Source of the DNA: Curvularia clavata
Lineage: Eukaryota
Assembly: GCA_023920165.1 (NCBI GenBank)
Contig: CP089278.1
Span: 1,426,001 to 1,490,000 of the forward strand
Length of the DNA: 64,000 nt
Direction of reading: 5' to 3'
Part shown: piece by piece, positions 12,675 to 26,061 of the stretch
Layout of the letters: every line of letters begins with the position of its first letter
Position numbering within the stretch: position 1 is the first letter of the stretch
The notes under the pieces: generated by a model
Told to the model about the DNA's origin: nothing
What the model saw: the letters and a program-made list of their open reading frames with translations, nothing else
Database searches by the model: none
Made by a program: the position numbers and the translations under genes

Positions 12675-15600
12675 TTATGGTGCAATCCTGTAGGCATTCC
12701 CACCTGCATTGGCATGGCCATTGCTAAGATGCCCATTGACGCCGTTCACGGCGGCATCCGGACTGTCATAGTGAAGGCGCAAGGATGTCGGGATAGGGCT
12801 CTCCTTGCTCGTTCCATCGAGATAGTGGCGCATAGTGATACCCGCGAGCTGATGCTCCGTTGTGATAAAATGGCCTTGCCTACCAGGTGCTCGACGCACA
12901 TTAGGAAGCTTGAAGACTTCGCGTAATGTGGCTGCGAGAGAGGGGCCGACGAGGCGGGCTCCAAAGCAAAAGTGAAGGCCATGACCAAGCAGAGTGTATT
13001 CTTTGAATGGGCGGTGAGGATTGAGGATTTCTGGGTCGGGGAAGGCCACAGGGTCCATTGCAGCTTTGGATGTAGCGATGAGCACTGTGTGGCCCTTCTT
13101 GACTGTTACAGGGCCACGGACGCCATCTTCGACCGTCACATCGCGTGTTGCGACACGAGGGAGACCGGGTACGACGCCAACATGGCGCATACCTTCGTAG
13201 ACGAAACCCTGAAGTTCGCGATCAGAATCTTTGGGGTCCATGTGGGACAACTCCACAATCCTCTTCTTGTACTGCTCGTATTCGGGCTTCAAGTATAAGT
13301 CGATGAGCAGGGAAGCTTGCTGTGTCAGATTTCCAGCGACAGGAGCACCCATACCGATACAGTCACCGACAAGATCGCCAATAGGGAGCTTGGTATCAGC
13401 TAACGCGTGGTATATGCGGTCAGCATGTGGGCCTACTTCGAAGGCGGAGCCCTTGGCCATCCAGTCAACAACACCTTCGAGACGTCCACTTTGCGTTTTG
13501 AGGTGCGTCTCAAAGATCTTGCGAAGGGGCGCTGCAGCTTTCATGGCGCCTTCGCGAAGCTTCCACTCGTTCGCAGGCATGATATTGAAGGATTGGTACA
13601 TGACTGTACAGCTGTTAGTTGACTGATACGATGTTTGTCAAGAACATTAACTCACAAAGCACAAGGTAGGCTAGGAAAGCCTCGTGGATGGACAGCAAAC
13701 CTCGAGGCTGCTTCTCTGTCTTGAGTGGTAGTGCAAAGCGTTCTGCGAGCCACAGGATAGGTGTAATGTTGGTCACGTCGCGTACGATGTCGATGCTCAT
13801 CCTACCCTTTGCGCCCTTGAGCGAGTTTTTCTTGATGAGGTCTCGAACGTTGGTAGTGAAGAACTCATTGATGTTCTTCTCAAACCCATCCTCGAAGAAA
13901 ACCCGGTGCAGGATTTCCGATCGCTGGTCGTGCTTCTTTTGCTCATCCCATCCGATCATAAAATCGTGTCCATCAGTACAGTTGCGGATGGCGGCTTGGT
14001 ACATGACAACAAAGGCGTCGCGGTCCTCAAAGACCTTCTTGCAGCCTTCTTGAGTTTGAACACTGACGATGTCGTAGCCGTTAGGAGGACGAGTGGTGTC
14101 ATACTTGTTGATGACTCCATTACCCTTGAGGATACCTTGAGCAGCCTTGGGCGTGTAGAACGGCAGAAGAGCATAACTCGATGTACCCTTGAAATCGCCG
14201 GGAAGGCCCTGGAAAATGAGTTTAGGAAGAACGCCGCCGTAAGCACCAGGCGTGGGCTCGGAAAGAAGAGCAGCACCCCAGTTTGTCAGTGTGTTGCTGT
14301 TGAAGTCGTAGCTCAGGAAACGGTCTCCGCGAACCAAAGCCACAGCATCGTCCAGGATGCCTCTACCAGTGGTCTGACCGGGGCAAACACCACTTCCTGG
14401 CATAGCTGGCTTTGTGCATTCGGCCATCAAACCAGGGTAGAGCTCCATGTTCTCCATGTGGCCGTACAACAGCTCAGCAGCACGTGCAGTTTCCTTGTCA
14501 GAGCACCAGTCCTCAAACGTTTCGTACGGCTTCAGGTTGAGATAGCGACGGAACTCGTTGAGCGTGCAAACATTGAATATCTCGCGCGCTTGCAACTGAC
14601 CCATCAGATCAACAACTTTGAGACTGGCGGGTGTGCCGTGCGCACCAAATGCATGGGCAGGCTCCTCAATACAGTCCTTGATCAGTGTGGCTAGGTCAGA
14701 GTTCTTGAATCTGCCATCAGGGCCTCGCTCGAGTCCGCCGAAAGTCCATTCGCTGGGTTTCTTCTTCATAAGATCATGGCCATAGACCTTCATGACCTGG
14801 TGGAACATCTCAACAGTGACATCATCAATGTGACGAAGATCAGGAATAACAGATCTGATGATGTCCTCCATCCACTTGTCGTCTGCTGCGCTAAGAGCTG
14901 CGTGCCAGTGGTACAAGACGGCGAATTCGACTGAGACGTGACTGCCGGTTCCGCGCTCCAGGCGGCCGGAGCCATGCTTGATCTCCTTGCCGAGGTCGAG
15001 TGACCACTCAGAATTGGCTCTTGGAGTGTTGAGAATGGCAGCAACATAGTCCTTGAGTACTACTGATGCGAAGAAGCCAACATTGATGTTGCGTGTGATT
15101 TGGAAGATGTCTTCGTCTTGCCTGGACGATGGGATTAGAAATAATACACAACTGGGTACCACTGAATGACTTACCATTTCTTGCCTTCCTCATCCAGGCT
15201 ATCCCATGGTTTATACTTGCCATCTTCATTTACGGCCAAAAGTGATTCTGCGACGTGGTTGTGGTTTCTTGAGAACAGCAAGAGAACCGCAACAACACCG
15301 GGAGGCATCATCATAATGCGCTCTGAAGCGATGGAGTCTGGGTAAATCAATCCGTTCTTGTATGTTCTTACGCGCTTCTGTTCCTTTTCTGTGTTTCCAT
15401 AGAGGGTGCTAAGATCAACATAACTAGAAGTTTCGTTGATCCAAGGGTTTGCCCTCGATGTTTGGAAACACTCATGGATGACAATGGTTGCAAAAGAGAA
15501 AAACAGGCGATTGAGACCAGATGGGTGTTCGCGGAAAGGACCATTACGCTTCAGAAGCGCCTCATACACATCCTCGACATCAGGAAGGTTGGGTCCTAGA

Positions 15601-16108
15601 ATTTATTGTCAGTCGCAAGTGGCTATTATTCTCTGCTTGGTCGCAACATACCCTTGGTCTTCATGGGTGGCACGTTGCGCGCATAGGGCGACCCTGCCTT
15701 TCCAAAATCTGGCATGTGGGGGTTGTTTCCTGAGCCATCATGCTGCCGGTACCGCGCTGACGGTCCGGCATGTGTGGGAGTTGGATGTGGCAAGTCGTTC
15801 CAAAGCATGCTAATGAAGCCATCCGAAACTTTTGCACTCAGACCGCTGTCGACGGGCAAGCCCTGGAGCATCTCAACGCCGTGCTCGAGGAGGAGGTCTT
15901 TGTCATCCAAAGGCTCGCCCGAAGCCAGAGTGGTGATGGCTTCTAGAGCAAATTTGGCGTTCTTAACACCAAGGCCTCTGATGTCGCTCATGACGCTCGT
16001 CCTGTTATTGGGCTGGCCACCGCTGGCAGCCTCTGCAGACCTGCCATCGCTGGCGCGCGTAGGCTTTTTTCTGATCTTCTCGATCAACGTCGACAATTGG
16101 CTTGGCAT
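12675..16108 (-). CDS. ppo: Fatty-acid dioxygenase-cytochrome P450 fusion (Ppo / linoleate diol synthase family); exons 16108-15652, 15595-15175, 15121-13656, 13603-12675
   Basis: Heme-peroxidase-type DOX domain with WNDLPHP, IVIHECFQT (distal His), NETSSYVDLSTLYG and LYHWH (catalytic Tyr / proximal His). The P450 domain has NLTQ (NxxQ), EGMR (ExxR) and GHGLHFCFG (heme Cys). Confidence 0.93.
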
Positions 16109-17894
16109 TATGAATAGTGAATAATATGAGCACGTAGACAAGAGAGGAGAAGGAAGAGGGAGATGTTTATCAGGCGGGGGACATGTCGAGGTATGTACCA
16201 AGCAGCTTGCAGAAAGAGCAATTAGCACTGGCATGTGTCGTGGTCTCGGCACAGGCGCCAAATCTGGCGACGATCGCTTGTAGGCATGATGCGGTGATCA
16301 GCATGTACATGGTAGGTTCGGTGAGTAGTTTCCAGACACGTTGGGTGGGCGTTTCGGAGCGATGCGTGAATGGGTAGTGTACGGAATGATTTTTGGACCC
16401 CTCGCCTCGTCGGCGTTCAGATGAATACTAGGGCTGCAGGTCTGATTGGCAAAGAGGATCCGTGTGAATGGTGGTGCGCAACCGATGGCATAGCACGGCC
16501 GCTAATCCACGACGGAAGAAAGCTGAGGACTGCACCTGGAGCTTTGATGGCATGCATAAGCAGCGGCGATCAGACCCGAGCATGGCCTGTTCTGTGCGCT
16601 CGAGGCAACACGAGCGTGGTTGGGAGAGGAGGTTACACTACCCGCTGCTTTATGCCTTAGGGAACGGTGAGATGCGGAAGAAAAGAAATATGCGGGTCAT
16701 GGACGGGTAGACGTCGCTTTGTGCAGGTGCACAGTGTTGGAATCATGTGCGTTCGGGTGGGCGAGTACGTGGGTAGTCCAGAGTAGCGGGTCGTGGTAGT
16801 GCTGATCTGAGAGGCAATGGGATGGAGGCTGGAATCGGTGACGAGGTTGGTGGGAAGCACGTGAAGACGACCAGGCCAGGATGCTGTCGAGGGCGTCCCG
16901 AGTGGCTGCGAGCCGTGGGCTGCGGCCTGTCCCGGAGATGCAAAAGTCTATTGACCGGAAGTGTAAGCGGTGCGTGGTATGCACTAAAAGACAAACTAAC
17001 CAGGGCCCAGGAAGAAAAGACGATCGATTGACGAGCTGGTTCGACAGGGGACCATGTGGGGAAGCAGCAAAGACGGGCCGTAGAAGATCGTCCCCAGGAA
17101 GACGCCTCTAACCCGATTGGGACGGCTTGGCGATTATGCTTTTCCCCTCTCAGCTTCGCCGACCGCCTTCACCCATCACGGATCGACACGAAGCACCGCT
17201 CCATGACTCTCCGCAGACCATTTGTAGCCGCCTTCACACACCATCTGTTCGCACTCTTCACATGTCGACATCATCACCAGCTTCTTGTTCGCCAAAACGT
17301 CGCGGCCGGGACATGGACCGGCTCATCTGTACGGCAGCCACATGTCCTCGCGTCGCTTTTTCTTCCCCCGTGTGTCCCACAGGACCAGGGCGGTCTGTCT
17401 CGTATCTCCACCGTGCATGCTGCTGATTGTCCCACTCACAGCTTCACAGCTCGAGCGATTTGCGCCACCCATCTACCTATGCGGCAGGTGGAGACTCGAC
17501 AAAACCAGCCTGCCCCATTGCACTGCATATCAATCAAATGCATGTGACGAACACGACTAGACCAAAACTCATCATTGATCGCTTACTGGCTCGGAGACGG
17601 CTCAATCTCAGCAGTGGCCACCCCCCATCAAACCAGAGGCGTACGCAATACCATGCACGCTGCACTAGCTGCCATGATCTACATCTCTACATTCCTGGAA
17701 CCTATGCGCTAGCCAATCCGTAAAAGATGACATTCGCACATGTCTGTTATGCACCTTGTCTTCAAGCTGTCCTGTGTCGCTAGATATTTCCCTGCACATC
17801 TTGTGCATTGTAATACCCACTTTCCAAGACCTGGCTGATTCCTCCTCTCTAACTACGACTTCTTCTCATTTGCGTTTTTTTTGAATTGGCCAAC

Positions 17895-20110
17895 ATGGCT
17901 CCCAAGGATACCCAGCACCCGCATGCACAAAACGAAAACCCCATGGACTATGGGGCGACGCCGCATCGCCACGGCCATGTGACCAAGAAGTTTGTCTTGT
18001 GCTTCGATGGCACAGGCAACAAGTTCTCCGGCACGGATTCTGACAGCAATATTCTCAAGATCTACCGCATGCTTGATCGCAATGGCGATGACCAGTTCCA
18101 CTACTATCAGCCTGGTATTGGAACGTACATCACCAAGGCGAACGGCTCCATGACCCGAACAGGCCGGTGGGAAAGATTCCAATCATGGTATGCCAAAGCA
18201 AAAGATAGTGCTGTCGGTATGTTTGACCGTTGTCGCTGGGTTGCACAACTAACGCCACTAGGAACATCCTTTGATATGCACGTCATGGCAGGATACAAAG
18301 TATGTTGGCAAGATCCTTTGAAGCAAAAGTCCACAGAGTCCTCCAAACTCAAGTCTTTGTATCGGCACAAGTTTTCTAACTAACAACCCTGTAGTTCTTG
18401 ATGAGATACTACAGCCCTGGTGACGACATCTACTTCTTTGGTTTCTCGCGAGGCGCCTACACAGCTCGCTTTCTCGCTGAAATGCTGGATCATGTTGGCC
18501 TTCTCTCAGTAAGTACCTGGTCACTAAGGGCTAGCATGGGTTAATCTAACCTTTCATAGGCAGGTAACGAGGAAATGTGCCAGTTTGCGTGGAAGTAAGT
18601 CGTGTCCAGTGATATGTCCATACCTCGTTAACGAACCTCTCCAGAACGTTTCAGAAATGGCAATGCCGAGTTCCGGAAGAAAAGAAAAACAGAAAGCCTG
18701 GAGAAAAGTCAGAAAGGCACAAACTCCTCGAGTTCATGTGCGCATTCAGAGAAACCTTCAGTCGTCCTGTCAAGCCAATCCGCTTCCTTGGTCTTTTCGA
18801 CACTGTTAACAGTGTGCCGGCCTTTGAGAATGCATGGATGCAGCGCAACAAGTTTCCATACACTGCCCGAAGTAGCGCACGCGTCATCCGACATGCAGTG
18901 TCAATAGACGAGCGCCGCGCAAAATTTCGACAAGACCTAATCTCTCAGAAAAAGCCAGACACCTCTATGTTCTACAAACACAGCCATAAACACATGGACC
19001 AAAAGCAAGGCAAAGCTCACAATCATGCTGGAAAAGGACGTTCCGATGAGAAATATGACCATGATGAGGAGGAAAGAGGTCGCAGCAATACCCTACTTCC
19101 TCCCGAGCGATTCACAAACCCCCATGACACCTCGGGTGTGCGTAGTTCAAGCCGAGGATATGGCCACCTAAATGGGGATTGCAACTCAGGTGCTCCCTCT
19201 ATACGATCCTTTGAGGCTCAAGGAACCTTCAATTCAGGAGAAGAAGAGAGTGAACAAGACATTCTCGAAGTCTGGTTCCCAGGCTGTCATGCTGTAAATA
19301 TGTCCCTGTTCAAACTGCATGTTCATAGATACTAACCTAAAGTTGGACATTGGTGGTGGTTGGCCTATTGAGGACGGCGATGCGGCGCTTTCACACGTAC
19401 CGCTGGTTTGGATGGTGCGTGAAGCTCAAAAGGCTGGGCTCGAGTTCGATGAGCGCAAGCTTGAAGCCCTGAGTTGTTGCCACGAAGACGCCATGCCCAA
19501 CGCCATTCAAACTCATGAACAAGTGCCAACCATCGCAATCGACCCTGCCTCGCCACTACCCATTGACGAGGAATCAAACAAATCAAGTGGCATCACGACA
19601 TACACTGATCACGCAAATATTCTCCCACACCACCAAGATTACCCAGATACGCCTTTCCATAGACATCTCCACTGTGCCGCGACTCAAGGCAGCATCCACG
19701 ATGTGCTGCAGTTCAATAACGGTGCAAATGCCGTTGGCGTAGTATCGTGGAACATCATGGAGTACTTGCCCTTCCGGCGCATGGATTTGCAAGAGGATGG
19801 CACCTGGAAAGCTATCCGATGGCCTTTACCCAAGGGTGAGACGCGCGACATGCCCGCCAACGCAATCATCCACAGCAGTGTCATCAAGCGTATGATTGCG
19901 GATCCCACCTATCGTCCTGGCAATCTGATTGTGGGTGGTGGAGGCAGGGGTGTCAGACGCGCACCAGAAAACTATGGCATAGGTAAGTGGATAGTAGTAT
20001 GCGAGGAGGGGCATCCTGTGGGCGAGTGCTTCGTTAGGCGACACCCACCTGAGCGAACAAAGACGGATGAGAGTGAGCACTTGGCTAGTATCAAGATCAT
20101 GCAGCCGTAG
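17895..20110 (+). CDS. DUF2235 alpha/beta-hydrolase (T6SS Tle1 phospholipase-like catalytic domain), 6 exons including two <40-nt exons
   Basis: [30 protein letters not shown] (GxSxG), [33 protein letters not shown]...DIGGG. Exons about 17895-18217, 18262-18299, 18395-18508, 18560-18594, 18645-19293, 19343-20110. Confidence 0.9.
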
Positions 20111-20506
20111 ATGTGAGATTGCTAGATTTTTGTTTGTGAGCTATGGTATGGGAGCGATGGAATACCTGTGACTTTTTTTTGTTTTGGTCTGGAAATTATG
20201 GCATTAAATTGGGATCTTAATATGGAGTTACATCGATCAATCGAGGGGTTTGATTTTCCGAGGTTCCCGAGAAGCCATGTGCGTCGAGCATGCTTATGAG
20301 AGGAATTCATGCATAGTTCACATTCAGTTCCTTCTGACAATTGTTTTCAAGAACCCCCCAACTGATACACATTTTGCAAAAATGGAAATGAATTTATTAA
20401 TGAAATCTAGACATGTATCCTAACCCACAAACCTGTACATTACCCGAAAACGAAAGTAAATTTCCACCTTTTTCGCCAATTTAGTTATCCCAGCATTTCC
20501 TTTCGC

Positions 20507-20846
20507 CTACTGCATCGAAAAGTACGCCGCCCTCGCCGCAGCCCTAATCGCCTTCTCCTCCGCCATCTTCTGCCTCTCCTTTGCCATTCCAGAAACCTCA
20601 GAAGCTATTCACTTCCCATTAGCTACTCTCTACTACCCCTCGAGGTTACAAAGAGGTTTCTGACTTACTTTTCTTGTTGTGTATTCTGGCTAGCAGACTC
20701 TTTGACGTGGAGGACTTGGAAGTTGTGGATTGCGCGTACGAAGAAGGGGGAGTTGCCACGTATGGTGGAGGCGAGAAGGTAGTGTAGCTGGGTGGTTGTA
20801 CCTCTGCTGAAGATGGGGAGGTGGTGGTGTTTGAGGCGGAAGACAT
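20507..20846 (-). CDS. Small 91-aa hypothetical protein with PPxY motifs (exons 20846-20669, 20604-20507)
   Basis: ATG in ACAATG context. A consensus intron GTAAGT...GCTAAT...TAG joins in frame to TSEVSGMAKERQKMAEEKAIRAAARAAYFSMQ*; 276 nt total. Confidence 0.7.
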
Positions 20847-21760
20847 TGTGGTGAGTCTGCGTAGTGGAAGAGTTGAAGATTTCTTTTCAATAAGGAGTGT
20901 TTTGTAAAGTTTGGATGTAAGCTTTGCTTTGAATGCTGATGCTGATGCCGATGCTTGTGTCTGCTTGAAATGCTTCTTTCACACTGATGACCATCATTAT
21001 ATATCTTCTTCTCCTTCATATTTACCACCCGTGCTGACCCCATCCATCCATCCTTCGGAATTCCCACCCCTCTCTACACCATCATCACCATCCTCACACA
21101 TCCGGCCAGCCCGACGAATCACACCCCGCAACGCATAAGGCCTTCTTGTTTCCCTCTCCTTCGGAATAAGCTCCAGCCCTGTGACTCAGGTAAACCATGC
21201 ATCCAGCGTCCATCGTCGTTGGTGCATCACAGTGTAGATCAGGCAGCAGGCCCTGTCACATGTCTAAGGCATCCAACGCCGACAGCACACTTGCGAGTAG
21301 AGCATTGCGCGGACGTTGGAGTAAGCAGATGACGAAATAGACGTGTGATTAAGCATGTATTCCGAAAGCTTGGTCGGGTTAAGGGATTTGGGGGAGAATT
21401 CGGAGTTCGAGTGGAGGGACAGGGGTTGGGATGCAGGATTCGGAGTCGGAATGGAAATATGGTGGCGGACACCTTGATGTGTGGGCGCTGCAGACTTACG
21501 ATGCAGGGCTGGTTTGATGCGCAGAGTGCAGGAGTATAGATTCACGTGTTAAATGGAGAATGCGATAGGTCTGGGAGCGACGTTACTATGTGCGCGTGGC
21601 ATTGCATCAGCATCATGTTAGTTACAGGATAAGTGGGACAGTGGACAAGGGTGGTTTTGTAACTATCCCGAAATGCGAAAACGAATGGCTGTGTGGATAA
21701 AGACACGAGGTACACAAGTATTTACACGAAAGCCACAAAGAGGGCGTCTAGATCCTATTC

Positions 21761-22898
21761 CTATACGCACTGCGAGTAAAAGTCGTTGGTTGCCTGGCAG
21801 GTTGACCCCGACGCACCTGTATATAGTCAGTACAGCACTCCCTGCAACACGCATTGAATCTAACTTACAAGTCGTGCATCCAGTCCATCCCTTTCCACCA
21901 CACTGCCCATACTTGGCGATGGAGCAGCCACCAGGGCTACCTCCGTTCGACGGCGCCGGTGCCGCAGTCGTAACCACTGAAGTCTTCATTGTAGTCCCTG
22001 GAGTCGGAGTAACCACTGGTCCTCCCGTTGCAGTAACGACTGATCCAGCTTGACCAGCAATGGCTTCCGTACCGCCAGCGATGACTGCTGGGCCAGGCGC
22101 AACATACGAGTTGAGCTTCTGGTAGATGTTGATTTCGATACCGGGATCGGTGGCTTTGTATGCACCCGGGAACAGCACTCCTGATGGAACTACGGATCCG
22201 CCTCCAGTCACAGTGAGCTGGTAGCACGTCATGTACAATTGTGCGCCGCCTAGGGAACCCGCAGCGTGTAAGGCAATGGCTTCGGCCCTCAGGAGGTAGT
22301 CTCCTGCTGCGAGGTTCGAAGGGATCTTGACATCCATCTTGCCACAGTTCTTGTTCAGGTCCTTTGTACCCCTGGAAGATGGTCAGTCAAGTGAGCATAA
22401 TTTTTTAGTACTGATACCTACCAGTAGTCATCCGAGCCACTGCTGCCAGAAGGATTTCTCGCCCACGTATCCTCGAAGATCTTGAAAAAGGGGTCTGAAC
22501 CATCGGCGGTGGAGGAGTCCGATACCTTGGACATGTACACAAGGACAGGACCGTAGTGGGCGCCACCTATGGCTTCATTGGCGCAAGATCGGTCGCCGTT
22601 CTGCTGGTGCATTTCTATAGTCACAGTACCACCGGCTGGGACGCTGCACTTGGAGGCTGCGGGTCCGTGGTTCGCATTGCAGCGGACATCGTTGCTTGTT
22701 ACAGAAGTAACGGGGCTGTTACTGTTTGGCAGCCTGGCGCAGGTAGACTGGTAAAGTGGTGTTAGTGTTGGATAAGATACGCTTTCAGAGGCTACGTATC
22801 TTGTCCACTCCGTTAACCCAGAGATCTTGGAAAGTTGCGTGAGCAGCAACTTGCGTCGCAAAGGCAGATGCGCCAGCTAGGATGAACGCGTTCTTCAT
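21761..22898 (-). CDS. AA9 lytic polysaccharide monooxygenase with Thr/Pro-rich linker and C-terminal CBM1
   Basis: Signal peptide followed by His1 (HATFQDLW), EMHQQ, GGAHYGP, YLLRAEAIALH and GAQLYMTC. CBM1 is YGQCGGKGWTGCTTC...NDFYSQCV*. Three introns. Confidence 0.95.
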
Positions 22899-24780
22899 AA
22901 TGATGTTATGATGGTACTTGACTGGCTCAGTGAGAAGCTGCAACGAGTGTTGTGGCCGGCTCTGTGAAGCATGGTACACGAAGTACAGTGACGTCTTTAT
23001 ACTCAGGCCGGACGCTCAAGGAGATATGCAGCATGCTCGCTTGCGCGTCTTCGCCAGTGCATTGTTCGGGCTGCAGTAGCAGCTGCTGCTGCCACCACGT
23101 CCTAGGCGGTATACTAGGTCGGATGACTTGGATGTATATTAACAGAAAGCTTGTCGTCATCGGATTCCAGGTCCAGTTGCCCACAAGTGGTGCAACAGCG
23201 GTGGTGGAAATTAATCGACCTGCAGGAGCTCGTCTGTAACGCGTAGTCTGCCCAATCCTCGCCTCAGAAGTCACCCAAAGGCCTCATTTTCGCAGTGGGT
23301 CACCTGTATATAATGCACTTGACATATAGGACCATCGGATAATAGTTCCGTCTGCCGAAGATCCTTGCAGCCTAGGAAAACAACTATGGCTGTCGATGTC
23401 TGGAATGGTTTCAGTCAAAATTTGTGCTTTTCTCAAGTTCATATAGCTGTTGGATCAAGACTGGTACAGATGCTCAATTCGCGATACTCGATCTGTTGCA
23501 GCGCAAAAGTACATTGTGTGAAGGACCACACGTCCTTATCGCGGCAACCAGAACTTGAGACCACTGAGCTAGGCGTTCATATATTACGTGAAGGAGCTAT
23601 TGAAAGCAATTTGTTTATATGAAGTGGAGACGCCCACGTGCCGAAATGTCAAATCCCCCAGATCCGAAGCTTGGCAACGAAGCTTGTTTCTTTTCTTGTT
23701 TATAGAGTTTGGGTTTAGCCCTGGTTCCCTTCTTTGCCAAGTGCTGAGTTGTTGTCACTGTGCGGGTGGTCCGCGGAGGTACGTTGCATAGAGATGCCGC
23801 AGGCTTGGGTCCCAACGTCAGCAAGGCTGTCTCATCGCAACTAATTCAGTTAGTCCTCAGGAAGGCTGCTGTCGCCATGCGCCAGGGTAGCGAATGTATG
23901 AGTGGCGACTTGTTTGTGTCCAGTAAATCAATGTTCCGTGCTAATTTCAAAAAGGAGAGTTCACTGCCTACTGGGGTTACAGAACCCTAGTTACTCCACG
24001 GACGCTCACGTGATGCGTCCTCTCGCCTAGTCGGACACAATGAACCGCGGAATAAAAGGTACTTTGCGACGGTATTAGCTTACTAACCACCGGCATTGTT
24101 TGAGTGCTCGAGCAGCAACTACACATAAGACTAGTTAACAAGACTGTACGTAGACGTCCCTCTCTAGTGAATCTTTTGTAGGCAACTTGAATATTAGGCC
24201 CAGTTTGCTTAGCAGCAGATGGCACACTCCGGACTTGGAGTTGTCTGCAGTACCATTGTACTTGGCAAGTATCAACAGAAGACGGGTGAGCTGATAGGCC
24301 CTACAAGAGGCTTGTACTGACAATTCATACATCATCCTGTCACTAATGTTAGCCTCAATTCATACAAGTGTAGACAAAGCCAACAAGAGAGCTTTGCTGT
24401 GTACAACAAGCCAAGGAGTACAAAGACAATTCGCCTTTGCACAACCCATCAAGTAACTTTCAGCCATACCCTAACTCGCATCCTACTTGAGGCCCCACTT
24501 CGCTACGCTCTACGGCCCGTTCTCCTTTAAGCACCGGTAACACACCAGTACCATGAATGGAGGGGAACGCAGGAGGGCGGGAAGAAAGTGGGGTTCGACA
24601 TGCGGTCCAGCGCCGACATTCCGTGAGCTGTTCGTTGCATGACGTTTGAGCTGTGCAGCTACCCCGTACCACATCGTCAACAAAACTCTCGGCCTGCCAG
24701 TACCGTCTCTTTCCTCTCAAACTGCATCTACCTTCAATTGCTCGGAAAGAAGAGATAAAACAACTCAGAAAAAACTCACA

Positions 24781-26061
24781 ATGTCGTCACCAAAGACCGT
24801 CCGTTGGGGCATCCTGGCTACAGGAGGCATCGCCATCACCTTGTAAGTGGCAGCTTCTACCCCGCCATCGCACTACACCTACCCCACCAGGGCTCTACAA
24901 ACTCACAAGAAGGATAACAGTGCCAAAGACCTTCTATGCGATCCCACGACGCGCGGGGTAAAGCATCTCAAGCATACTGTTGTGGCCGCCGCGTCGTCGA
25001 CATCGGAATCGCGCGCAAAGGACTTCCTGAAGGAGGTGGGCGCGCCGTCGGATGCAAAGGCATATGGCTCATATGAGGAGTTTGTCAAGAACCCAGACAT
25101 TGACATTGTGTACGTTGCAACACCGCACTCACACCATTACCAAAATGCTATGCTTTGCTTGGAGGCGGGCAAGAACGTGCTGTGCGAGAAGGCGTTTACC
25201 GTCAATGCCGCTCAGGCGCGCAAGCTGGCTGAGGTTGCGAGATCGAAGAACCTGTTCCTGATGGAGGCTGTGTGGACTCGGTACTTCCCTCTGTCTATCT
25301 ATGTGCGTGAGCAAATCACGGCTGGACGCATTGGACCTGTCACACGTGTCATTTCAGACAACAGCATGGCGCTCGACCCCGAGAACAACTTCAAAGATGG
25401 CAAGAACCGCATGGTAAACCCGGACCTAGCTGGTGGTGCCCTACTCGATCTCGGCATTTATGCCCTGACCTGGGTATTCCAGACCATGTACCACACCCAG
25501 CCGGAGAAGACGCGCCAGGCACCCCAGCTGCTAGCCTTTGTCAAGAACTACGAACCGACGGGCAAGGCAGATGAGCACAGCACCATGATCCTGCGGTTCC
25601 CACGCTCAAAAGAGGAAGGTGGTGAGGCCCATGCTGTCGCTACGACCTCCCTTCGCGTGGCCACCTCGCCCGGAGGAAACATGGACGCACCTTTTGTCCG
25701 TATCCAAGGACCCAAGGGCGAGATTCAAGTGTTTGGGCACTCATTCCGCCCTCTCTCCACCAAGATCATAGGCTCCGACGGCAAGGTCGAGACCAAGGAA
25801 TTCCCCATTCCAGGCCCAGGTAAGGGAAGTGGCTGGTACAACGGTTTCGGCGGCTCACTGCAATCAGAAGGAGAGGGTCAAGGTATGTTCTGGGAAGCAG
25901 ACGAGGCCGCGGACGCCATTATCAATGGCAGAAAGGAGGGCAGGTTCCTCGGTCTGGATGAGAGTGTGTTGATTATGGAGGTCATGGACGAAGTAAGAAA
26001 GCAGGGGGGCTTGGTATACCCGGAGAAGATTGAGACGCTAGACTACCCTACACAGCTGTAG
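24781..26061 (+). CDS. Gfo/Idh/MocA oxidoreductase (dimeric dihydrodiol dehydrogenase / NADP+ D-xylose 1-dehydrogenase-like)
   Basis: VRWGILATGGIA, IVYVATPHSHH, VLCEKAFT, FLMEAVWTRYFP and GGALLDLGIY; intron 24843-24920. Confidence 0.9.
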
